32,000 bases of DNA from Patescibacteria group bacterium (lineage in GTDB: Bacteria; Patescibacteriota; Patescibacteriia; 2-01-FULL-39-33), in contig JBAZMW010000001.1 of the NCBI GenBank assembly GCA_041649575.1, positions 1 through 32,000 of the forward strand, in the 5' to 3' direction. The notes beneath the pieces were generated by a model. That model was not told the DNA's origin. It saw only the letters and a program-made list of their open reading frames with translations, and did not search any database. Every line of letters starts with the position of its first letter. Within the stretch, counting starts at the first letter, position 1. Of the stretch, positions 7,678 through 14,919 are shown in pieces. The translations under genes and the position numbers were made by a program.

Positions 7678-9738
7678 ATGAAAAGCAAGAAGACCAATCT
7701 GCCCAGCCCCACTCAAACCAAGGTCAGATTATCGCTGGCGGTTTTTTTCGCGGCCGCCTCCATGATTTTTTCAGTTTTAGCGATCGTGGTTATCAAAAAC
7801 AATCAACCGGTAGGCAAGGTGAAAATGGCTGCCACGCCAGCCACTTACTATGTCGATTGCCGATTGTCGGCCAGTGGCGATGGCAGTCTGGCTGCGCCCT
7901 GGAACAACCTGGCCAGTGTTTCCAGCTTCAGTTTTTCGCCGGGCTCCAGAATAGTTTTTAAACAAGGCACGGTCTGCGCGGGCCAATTAATAATCAATTC
8001 TTCCGGTAATGGCGATGCTGATGCTGCGCGGATAATTTTTGAAGGCGAGGGCACGGGGGCAACAATTCAAGGAGCCAGCTCCAAACCGTCTGGCAGCGGT
8101 TTGAGGTTTATGGTGGTGATGGACGGCAAGCAATACATAACAATCAGAAATCTAAAGATTCAGTTTGCCGAAGATCCGGTTTTAATCAGCAACTCCAGTT
8201 ATATTAATTTAAACAACCTGACCGTCAAAGACAGTATCGGTTTTGGAGGTATTTACGTGGTTTCGCAGAATAATGGCAGTGTTTATCATGATAAAATTTC
8301 CAATTGTAACGTTAGCGGCATCACGGGCAGCGCCGCTTCCTTGGCCACCGACCCGGGCACCAAGCTGGCTTACAGTTATGGGAGAGGCATTTATTTTTAC
8401 GGGACTAATGCAAAATACAACGAAATTTCGGGCAACACCGCGACTAATAACGGCGATGCTGGCATTGTCACGCTTTTTGCTTCTGACAGCATTATAAAAA
8501 ATAATACTGTAAGCAACAACGGATCGGCCGGCATTTGGGTCGGCGGAGTTGATGGCGAGTCGGCCAATAATCTAATCGAGAACAACACGGTTTATAATAA
8601 TTGCCAGAAGATTGACGATGAGTTTGGCATTAATTTGCACCGGGTCGGTAATAACAATATCGTTAGATATAACAAAGTCTACGGGCAATTTTACGACTTA
8701 TCAACCGAGACTTCTTCGCCGACAATTTGTAATGCCGATGGCTATGACACTAACGGTGTCTGTGTGCACAAATATGGTAGTGGCGGCATTCGTTTCGACG
8801 CCGCTTCCAGCCAGATGAGTAAGACCGGCAATAAGGTTTATTACAATTTGATTTACAATGAGTATATCGGTTTTGGCAATATTAATTTTTCCGGTTTGGA
8901 AGTTTACAATAATGTGATCAGCAGCAGCAAAGATTCTGGCCTGAATATCCTGGGCTACAATCAAGAGCAAGCGAATTTAAGCAATAACTCGTTTAAAAAT
9001 AATATTATCTATAATTCCAATAATGTCTTAGTCCGAGTTATTAATGCCAACATCAGCGGCAACGATTTTAATAATAATATTTATTATCCAGACGGCAGTA
9101 CCAAGTTTTGTTCCAGTAATTGGTATGACGGCACCTTGTCTAACGCCTGCGAAAATCCTTATAGTTTTAGCGGCTGGAAGTCGGCTAAAGGCGAGACCAA
9201 TTCCAAAGCCGTTGACCCGCTGTTTGTTAATGCCGTGGCTTATAATTTTGCCCTGCAGGCTGCCTCTCCGGCCAAGAATTCAGGCGTCAACATCGGTTTA
9301 ACGGCTGATTTTTCCGGAGCAACGGTGCCGCAAGGCACGGCGCCAGAAATCGGTGCTTATGAATTAGGAGAAGTCGCTTGCACTTCCGATTGTACCGGCA
9401 AGGTTTGTGGTGACAATGGTTGCGGCGGCAGTTGCGGCAGCTGTCAAACCGGTCAGGTTTGCACTAGTGGCTCCTGTGTGGCTGCTTGCGTTCCCAAAAC
9501 CTGTGCTCAACTTGGCAAAAATTGTGGTAGCCAGTCAGATGGTTGTGGCAATAACTTAAACTGCGGTACCTGTACGGCCGCTCAGACCTGCACTAGCGGT
9601 GTCTGCAAAACAAAAATCTGCTCGGATAACGCTTGTTGCCGGGCCAAATACGGCTCCAGCTATTATTATTTTTCCAGCAAAAAACAATGTTGCAAAAAAA
9701 GTTTCTTGGGCTTGCCGAATTCTTGTAAAGCGTTGTAA
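7678..9738 (+). CDS. Secreted/surface right-handed beta-helix (pectate-lyase-like fold) protein with Cys-rich C-terminal tail
   Basis: N-terminal TM/signal; repeated NNxIxxNxxxNN beta-helix coils; C-terminal C...GKVCGDNGCGGSCGSCQTGQVC modules. Confidence 0.85.
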   Translation: MKSKKTNLPSPTQTKVRLSLAVFFAAASMIFSVLAIVVIKNNQPVGKVKMAATPATYYVDCRLSASGDGSLAAPWNNLASVSSFSFSPGSRIVFKQGTVCAGQLIINSSGNGDADAARIIFEGEGTGATIQGASSKPSGSGLRFMVVMDGKQYITIRNLKIQFAEDPVLISNSSYINLNNLTVKDSIGFGGIYVVSQNNGSVYHDKISNCNVSGITGSAASLATDPGTKLAYSYGRGIYFYGTNAKYNEISGNTATNNGDAGIVTLFASDSIIKNNTVSNNGSAGIWVGGVDGESANNLIENNTVYNNCQKIDDEFGINLHRVGNNNIVRYNKVYGQFYDLSTETSSPTICNADGYDTNGVCVHKYGSGGIRFDAASSQMSKTGNKVYYNLIYNEYIGFGNINFSGLEVYNNVISSSKDSGLNILGYNQEQANLSNNSFKNNIIYNSNNVLVRVINANISGNDFNNNIYYPDGSTKFCSSNWYDGTLSNACENPYSFSGWKSAKGETNSKAVDPLFVNAVAYNFALQAASPAKNSGVNIGLTADFSGATVPQGTAPEIGAYELGEVACTSDCTGKVCGDNGCGGSCGSCQTGQVCTSGSCVAACVPKTCAQLGKNCGSQSDGCGNNLNCGTCTAAQTCTSGVCKTKICSDNACCRAKYGSSYYYFSSKKQCCKKSFLGLPNSCKAL

Positions 9739-9760
9739 TTTTAAGTTTAAAAATTAATTA

Positions 9761-9790
9761 AAAATCCCCCCGCTTAAGCGGGGGGATTTT
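9761..9790. terminator. Bidirectional terminator between convergent genes (30-bp perfect palindrome)
   Basis: AAAATCCCCCCGCTTAAGCGGGGGGATTTT is exactly self-complementary, with T/A tracts on both sides. Confidence 0.93.
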
Positions 9791-9798
9791 AAGCTGGA

Positions 9799-10266
9799 TT
9801 ATTTTTGTTTCAAATATTCTTCAATCACTGGCTTCACATTGGGCGCACAGTCGGCCGGTAGGTTGTTAATATCAAACCATTCCATGGCCAAAACTTCCTT
9901 GCCCCTCACCGGCTCCTCGTCGATGGTAGCCAAATAATGAATCAGCACAATGGCTTCTGGCTTATCGCTGCCGGTTTCCGGCAGCTCGTTCCAAATAATC
10001 ATTGGTTTGAGGGTTTTTATCAAACTTACCTTCACGCCGATTTCCTCTTTGGCTTCGCGAATGGCATTTTCTTCCAGCCCCAAGCCCTTAATGACTTTGC
10101 CGCCGCAGAATTTCCATTTCAACTGCTCCAATGGCTTGTCGCCATGTTTGACCAGTAGGGTTTTTTCGACTCCGTTTTTTTCTTTGATGATGATTACTGG
10201 ACCTGAAGCAATCATGGTTTGGAAAATGCCGATTTCACCGGGGACTGTCTGGTTGATGTTGGTCAT
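9799..10266 (-). CDS. NUDIX hydrolase
   Basis: Nudix-box region KFCGGKVIKGLGLEENAIREAKEEIGV (G-x5-E-x7-REx2EExG-like). Confidence 0.88.
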   Translation of the reverse strand: MTNINQTVPGEIGIFQTMIASGPVIIIKEKNGVEKTLLVKHGDKPLEQLKWKFCGGKVIKGLGLEENAIREAKEEIGVKVSLIKTLKPMIIWNELPETGSDKPEAIVLIHYLATIDEEPVRGKEVLAMEWFDINNLPADCAPNVKPVIEEYLKQK

Positions 10267-10286
10267 ATCATTTGTCTAAAATCTCG

Positions 10287-11930
10287 CTAAATTGATTTTA
10301 ACATATAAGTTCCGGAAAGTGTATAGCCCATTTTTTTGTAGTATTCTCTCACGCCGATGCCGGCAATAACAGCGATTCCTCGGCTGTGCTTGGGACAAGT
10401 TTTTTTCAGCCCTTTCTTGGTAATTTTTTCTGCTTCCAACAGTAATTTTTTGCCCAACCCCAGGTGTTGGACTTCACCCTTTTTGCCCAGTCCGGCGAGC
10501 TGGCCGTAAGTATGCAGCTCGCGGATGAGGGCCGCGGCATGAAGTTCGGGAATGAAATTTTTTTCCGAGTCATTATTTATTCTCAAGCGTAAAAAAGCAT
10601 ATAAAATTTTTTCATCCGGCGACTCGAAAGACAAAAAATATTCTTGGCCACCGCTGGCTCGGTATTTTCTGATTTTTAATTTTGTCTTTTCATCTTTTAG
10701 CCTTAAATTTTTAACATGGCCTACTTCCCGGCAACGAATACACTTACAATTCCAACCATCTTTCTCAGCTTGCTCGTTAATTAATTGCCTCAGATTGGTA
10801 ATTTTGTTGCCAGCGGCAATGCTTTCCTCTGGGATATCGCGAATCAGCCTCGTGATGCGTACCCAGGGAGGCGTGATTTTTTTAATCTTAATTAGTAAGT
10901 CTAAAAGCTGGCGGTCAGAATAGGGTCGGTATTTTTTTGTTTGCCACAACCGGTAAAGCCGAGCGTCTTTATTGACGACACAAGGATAAATTTTTACCAT
11001 ATCCGGCATATAATTGCCGTCAGTGTAAATTTTTTTAAACATAGCCAGGTCTTTGGCTGGTGTTGAGCCGTAGAGATTGGGCATCAGATGCAGGTTGATT
11101 TTAAAACCAGAATTTTTGAGCAGTTTGATAGCCTCAATACTTTGCTTAACGCTGTGGCCACGGCGGTTTAATTTTAAAATTTTATCGTCAGTGTGCTGGA
11201 TGCCAAGTTCCACCCGGGTGCAACCCAAACTTCTCATTTGTACAATCTCTTTTTCATTAATAAAGTCGGGTCGGGTTTCCAGGGTGAGTCCGATACAGCG
11301 GTGCCTGGCCGTTTCGTTTCTTTTTTGCGCTGTCGCCAGATCTTTACTGGTTCGGCCGTTGAGCGCGTCGAAGCAACGTTTAATAAACCAGTTTTGGTAT
11401 TGTCGGGGGTGATAGCTCCAGGTGCCGCCCATGACAATTAGTTCAATTTTGTCGACCGCATGGCCGTTGGCTTGAAGCGCCTTGAGGCGCATCGCCACTT
11501 GGCGATAAGGATTAAAATCGTTTAAGATGGCGCGCATCACCGCCGGCTCGTTGGAGAGATATGACTTGGGCATGCCGCTTTCGGTCGGGCAAAAAAGACA
11601 CCGGCCGGGGCAGGGGTGGGGCTTGGTGAGCACCGAAATCACGGCCACTCCGGAAAGAGTGCGGACGGCGCGTTTGGTCAGGAATTTTTCTAAGTTTCTG
11701 TTTTTTAGTTTCGGTTGCTTTTTGATGATTTTATGATATGCTGAAAGTAGTTTGGACTTTTCCGGTGGTGGCAGTTTTAGCTTGCCGAACTGATGTCGAG
11801 CCAGGTTTAAAAAGTCCTTCTCGGTTTGAGGATTTTTAGTTATTAAACATTTAATTATTTTTTTTATGTCATCGCGAGGGAGCGATAGCGACCGTCCGCC
11901 TAGGCTCGGCGAGACTGGTGGCGATCCCAT
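10287..11930 (-). CDS. elp3: Elp3-family radical SAM / GNAT protein (tRNA wobble-U34 carboxymethylation-type)
   Basis: Radical SAM Cys motif KPHPCPGRCLFCPTESGMPKSY; MGGTWSYHP; VELGIQHTDDKIL; C-terminal GNAT AAALIRELHTYGQ...QHLGLGKKLL..VIAGIGVREYYKKMGYTLSGTYM. Start uncertain: ATG at 11930 or 11966; both include repeat-derived sequence. Confidence 0.93.
   Translation of the reverse strand: MGSPPVSPSLGGRSLSLPRDDIKKIIKCLITKNPQTEKDFLNLARHQFGKLKLPPPEKSKLLSAYHKIIKKQPKLKNRNLEKFLTKRAVRTLSGVAVISVLTKPHPCPGRCLFCPTESGMPKSYLSNEPAVMRAILNDFNPYRQVAMRLKALQANGHAVDKIELIVMGGTWSYHPRQYQNWFIKRCFDALNGRTSKDLATAQKRNETARHRCIGLTLETRPDFINEKEIVQMRSLGCTRVELGIQHTDDKILKLNRRGHSVKQSIEAIKLLKNSGFKINLHLMPNLYGSTPAKDLAMFKKIYTDGNYMPDMVKIYPCVVNKDARLYRLWQTKKYRPYSDRQLLDLLIKIKKITPPWVRITRLIRDIPEESIAAGNKITNLRQLINEQAEKDGWNCKCIRCREVGHVKNLRLKDEKTKLKIRKYRASGGQEYFLSFESPDEKILYAFLRLRINNDSEKNFIPELHAAALIRELHTYGQLAGLGKKGEVQHLGLGKKLLLEAEKITKKGLKKTCPKHSRGIAVIAGIGVREYYKKMGYTLSGTYMLKSI
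11868..11928 (+). repeat. REP-like repeat copy A
   Basis: GTCATCGCGAGGGAGCGATAGCGACCGTCCGCCTAGGCTCGGCGAGACTGGTGGCGATCCC; about 57/61 identical to the reverse complement of 12659-12718. Confidence 0.9.
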
Positions 11931-11954
11931 GGAGTTTGAGAGCGATTTGTTTTT

Positions 11955-12254
11955 ATGAATAACCATTATTATCTTTATATTTTAACTAATAAATACAATA
12001 GAGTATTGTATACTGGAGCGACTAGTAACTTATTAAGAAGAGTTTGGGAACACAGGAATAAGTTAAATAAAAATTCTTTTACTGAAAGGTATAATGTTAA
12101 TAAGTTAGTCTATTATGAAGTATATTATTCTGTTACGGACGCCATTTTCAGAGAAAAACAAATCAAAGGAGGCGACAGAACAAGCAAGGAGACACTGATT
12201 AATAAATTTAATCCGGAGCGGAAGGATTTATATGGAGAAATGGTAGAAAATTAA
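11955..12254 (+). CDS. GIY-YIG nuclease family protein, 99 aa (single-domain)
   Basis: HYYLYILTNKYNRVLYTGATSNLLRRVWEHRNK...KLVYYEVYYSVTDAIFREKQIKGG: GIY-YIG core, Arg and Glu positions present. Confidence 0.93.
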   Translation: MNNHYYLYILTNKYNRVLYTGATSNLLRRVWEHRNKLNKNSFTERYNVNKLVYYEVYYSVTDAIFREKQIKGGDRTSKETLINKFNPERKDLYGEMVEN

Positions 12255-12260
12255 AAACAC

Positions 12261-12294
12261 GGGATTGCTTCGTCGTTTCACTCCTCGCAATGAC
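12261..12294 (-). repeat. REP-like repeat copy B (short form)
   Basis: GGGATTGCTTCGTCGTTTCACTCCTCGCAATGAC on the + strand; reverse complement GTCATTGCGAGGAGTGAAACGACGAAGCAATCCC. Confidence 0.9.
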
Positions 12295-12298
12295 ATTT

Positions 12299-13162
12299 AT
12301 GAAACAACAACGCATTAATAAGATTCTACAACAAACGCGTGATGTTTACAATAAAATAGCGCTGGACTTTTCGGACACTCGCGGTCATTGGTGGAAAGGC
12401 ATGGGCAGTTTTAATAAATATGTCAGACCGGGTGACCGAGTGCTAGATTTGGGTTGCGGTAATGGCCGGATGGCGGAAATTTTTGAGGGTTCGCAAATCG
12501 AATACTTGGGAATTGACAATAGCGAGGAGTTGATAAAAATAGCTCGTGGGAGATTTAAAAATAAATCTTGGGTGAGGTTTAGGGTGGGTGATGTATTGCA
12601 GTTGTCATCCCGAGGAGCCGATGGCGACGTGGGGGTCTCGTCTAATATTGAAGGAGGCGGGATTGCCACCAGTCTCGCCGAGCCTAGGCGGACGGTCGCT
12701 TCACTCCCTCGCAATGACAGTTTATTTGATTTGGTTTTGCTGATAGCGGTTTTGCATCACCTTCCGACCAAGGAGCTGCGACTTAAAGTTTTAGAAAATA
12801 TTTTTCAGAGTTTAAGGCCCGGTGGCCGGCTGGTGATGCTAAACTGGAATTTATGGCAGGTGTTTGGCAGTTTCGATTATAAATTTCGCTATTGGAAATA
12901 CCTTTTTAACTGGTCCGAAAAAATAAAGCGTGGCGTTTGGGGTTTTTCTGACGCTTTTGTACCCTGGAAGATGAGGGCCGGCCAAAAGCTGGCCGAGCAG
13001 GACTGGCAGTTACGCTATGTGCATTCTTTTACCATTAGAGAAACCAAAAAATTATTACGGCAGGCCGGCTTTGTGGTTGAGGGTATTACTTATGAAAAAA
13101 GGGATAAAAGAGTGGGCGTTTTGTCGGGCGACCACTCATTGGCCGTGGCAATAAAAAAATGA
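12299..13162 (+). CDS. Class I SAM methyltransferase, Trm9/ALKBH8-MT-like, containing an in-frame repeat-derived insertion
   Basis: RDVYNKIALDFSDTRGHWW, VLDLGCGNGRMAEI, LGIDNSEELIKIAR, DLVLLIAVLHHLPTKELRLKVLENIFQSLRPGGRLVMLNW. Codons from about 12604 to 12717 are repeat-derived. Confidence 0.88.
   Translation: MKQQRINKILQQTRDVYNKIALDFSDTRGHWWKGMGSFNKYVRPGDRVLDLGCGNGRMAEIFEGSQIEYLGIDNSEELIKIARGRFKNKSWVRFRVGDVLQLSSRGADGDVGVSSNIEGGGIATSLAEPRRTVASLPRNDSLFDLVLLIAVLHHLPTKELRLKVLENIFQSLRPGGRLVMLNWNLWQVFGSFDYKFRYWKYLFNWSEKIKRGVWGFSDAFVPWKMRAGQKLAEQDWQLRYVHSFTIRETKKLLRQAGFVVEGITYEKRDKRVGVLSGDHSLAVAIKK
12604..12718. repeat. REPIN-like composite repeat copy C inside a coding sequence
   Basis: Left arm GTCATCCCGAGGAGCCGATGGCGACG and right arm ...CGGTCGCTTCACTCCCTCGCAATGAC form imperfect inverted repeats; the right 60 bp match copy A inverted. 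Confidence 0.88.
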
Positions 13163-13174
13163 TAGAATGAGGAT

Positions 13175-14554
13175 ATGAAAATCAACTCTAATATTTTCAA
13201 AGAATACGATATCCGTGGCAAGTATCCCGGTGAACTGGACGAGCAGACAACTCAAGCTTTGGGTTTGGCTTTTGCCAAAATGATCAAGACCAAAAGAATC
13301 ATTGTCGGCCGCGACGCGCGGCCGGAATCAGAAAAAGTTTTTTGGCCACTCTTGTTTGGTCTGGCCAAAGGCGGCATGCAAATTTATGATTTGGGGGTTT
13401 GCTCGACGCCGGAATTGTTTTTCGCGGTCGGCGACAAAAAGATCGAAAGCGGCGTCATGATCACCGCCTCTCATTCTCCGGCCGGTCAGACCGGTTTCAA
13501 GTTTTGTAATGAGCAGGGTGTTGTTTATGGCCTAAAAACCGGGCTCAAAAAATTAAAATACCTAGCCGATCAAGAAATTAAAAAAATAAATAAACCGGTG
13601 TTGCAGCCGGCCAAAGTCGAAAAAGTCGCTTTGGCGGCGTTGGCCAAAGATTATCAGAAATTCGCTTTTTCTTTTGTGAAGCCGGCGGCGATAGCCGGTT
13701 TTAAAATGGTTATAGACGCTTCCGGCGGCTCGAGCTACAGATTAATAAATCGCCTGGTCCAGAAACTACCGCTGCAGACAATAAAAATAAATTTCAAAGA
13801 AAAAGACAAATATCCAGACCACGACTTGAATCCGCTGCTTTCGGAAAATCAACGAGTGGCTGCCAGAGAAATAAAAAAGCAACAAGCCGATTTGGGCGTG
13901 GTTCTTGACGGCGACGGTGATAGAATAGTTTTTTTGGATGAACGAGGCAGATTTGTCGAGCCTTATTATCTTAACTGCTTGCTGGCGGAAATATTTTTGA
14001 AGCTTAGGCCCAAAATGACAGTGCTGTTTGACGCGCGTTTGAATCTGGCGATCACCGAAGTGATAAAAAACAATGGCGGCCGGCCGCTTAGCCACCGCAG
14101 CGGCTATGCCAACTTCATTGATTTTATGACCAAAAAAAAATTACTGTTCGGCTGCGAAAACTCCGGCCATTTTCTGATTAATTTCGCCCTGAAAAAAAAG
14201 CGGCAATATGTTTACGGCGACACTTTAATAATTTTATTGCTGATTTTGAAATATTTGAAGGAGAAAAATTTAAAATTATCGCAAGCGATTGAGCCGTTTG
14301 AAAAAAAATACGTCATTTCCGGCGAACAGAATTTTAGAGTCAAGGATTTTAAAAAACTGATGCTAAAAATTAAAAAAGAATTCAGGGGAAACCGTCTGGA
14401 GACGATTGATGGTTTGTCTGTCTGGAGCCAAGGCGGGGACTGGTTTTTCAATATCCGGCCTTCGCATACCGAGCCGGTAGTGCGTCTGAACGTTGAAGCC
14501 AAAAATAAAAAAATCATCAATCAGTTGGTCAAAAAAATCAAATTGATAATTTAA
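13175..14554 (+). CDS. manB: Phosphomannomutase/phosphoglucomutase
   Basis: FKEYDIRGKYPGEL, VGRDARPES, MITASHSPAGQTGFKF, DGDGDRIVFLDERG, GCENSGHF, EPVVRLNVEAKN. Confidence 0.93.
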   Translation: MKINSNIFKEYDIRGKYPGELDEQTTQALGLAFAKMIKTKRIIVGRDARPESEKVFWPLLFGLAKGGMQIYDLGVCSTPELFFAVGDKKIESGVMITASHSPAGQTGFKFCNEQGVVYGLKTGLKKLKYLADQEIKKINKPVLQPAKVEKVALAALAKDYQKFAFSFVKPAAIAGFKMVIDASGGSSYRLINRLVQKLPLQTIKINFKEKDKYPDHDLNPLLSENQRVAAREIKKQQADLGVVLDGDGDRIVFLDERGRFVEPYYLNCLLAEIFLKLRPKMTVLFDARLNLAITEVIKNNGGRPLSHRSGYANFIDFMTKKKLLFGCENSGHFLINFALKKKRQYVYGDTLIILLLILKYLKEKNLKLSQAIEPFEKKYVISGEQNFRVKDFKKLMLKIKKEFRGNRLETIDGLSVWSQGGDWFFNIRPSHTEPVVRLNVEAKNKKIINQLVKKIKLII

Positions 14555-14563
14555 TTTTATATT

Positions 14564-14836
14564 ATGCCTGAAGAAAAAATTTCTGCCGAAGTGGCCAAAA
14601 ATATCGGTGGACAACTAGGCATTGACTGGTCGAAATTCGATGTCGAGCAGTTTAGAAAGGGGATGGAGGTGGAATTGGAGCACGGCAAGAGGAGTGCCGA
14701 AACCAATGTCACCAATAATAACCCATTAATTACTGGCAAGATTGCCCTGGCGCATTTAAATGAGTTCCCCGATTACTATACGCGGCTGGATAAGATGGAA
14801 AAAGAGGCGGATGATTTTTGGGGCAAGAAAAATTAG
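14564..14836 (+). CDS. Hypothetical protein, 90 aa
   Basis: ORF immediately downstream of the phosphomutase, host-like composition, ends before a terminator. Confidence 0.7.
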   Translation: MPEEKISAEVAKNIGGQLGIDWSKFDVEQFRKGMEVELEHGKRSAETNVTNNNPLITGKIALAHLNEFPDYYTRLDKMEKEADDFWGKKN

Positions 14837-14850
14837 TTAAAAAATAATTA

Positions 14851-14885
14851 GAGCCGGGGGAAGCGGATGCTCGCTCCCTCGGCTC
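14851..14885. terminator. Bidirectional terminator between 14564-14836 (+) and 14920-16311 (-)
   Basis: GAGCCGGGGG...CTCCCTCGGCTC hairpin; minus strand continues TAATTATTTTTT, plus strand TTTGTTT. Confidence 0.8.
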
Positions 14886-14919
14886 TTTGTTTGGTTCGAT
14901 GTACGGCTGCGGCTACCCC

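Larger units (their letters stand above)
11868..12294. mobile_element. Candidate GIY-YIG cassette: small nuclease ORF bracketed by inverted REP-like repeats
   Basis: GTCATCGCGAGG... at the left end and ...CTCCTCGCAATGAC at the right end are inverted relative to each other and flank an intact 99-aa GIY-YIG ORF. Confidence 0.55.

Noticed and set aside
7678-9738. Asn-rich repeats as a tandem DNA repeat or CRISPR-like array
   Set aside because: They are degenerate protein-level beta-helix coils with no near-identical DNA repeats. No CRISPR array was found anywhere in the window.
11955-12254. GIY-YIG ORF as a homing endonuclease in an intron or intein
   Set aside because: It lies between two genes rather than interrupting one, and there are no intron or intein splice features. 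REP-like flanks fit the sequence better.
12290-12298. Methyltransferase start at ATG 12290 as tracked
   Set aside because: This ATG lies inside repeat copy B (GCAATGAC). The ATG at 12299 gives a more natural N-terminus (MKQQRINKILQQ).
11863-12300. TTTAT on either side of the GIY-YIG cassette as a candidate TSD
   Set aside because: The sequence is low-complexity AT-rich and the right copy is offset by one base from the repeat end. This is not convincing without an empty site.
12599-12722. Possible 5-bp target-site duplication CAGTT on both sides of repeat copy C (12599-12603 and 12718-12722)
   Set aside because: The right copy overlaps the repeat terminus. Removing one copy plus the element deletes 119 bp, which is not a multiple of 3 and would break the reading frame. 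It is probably chance, so it is not claimed as a TSD.
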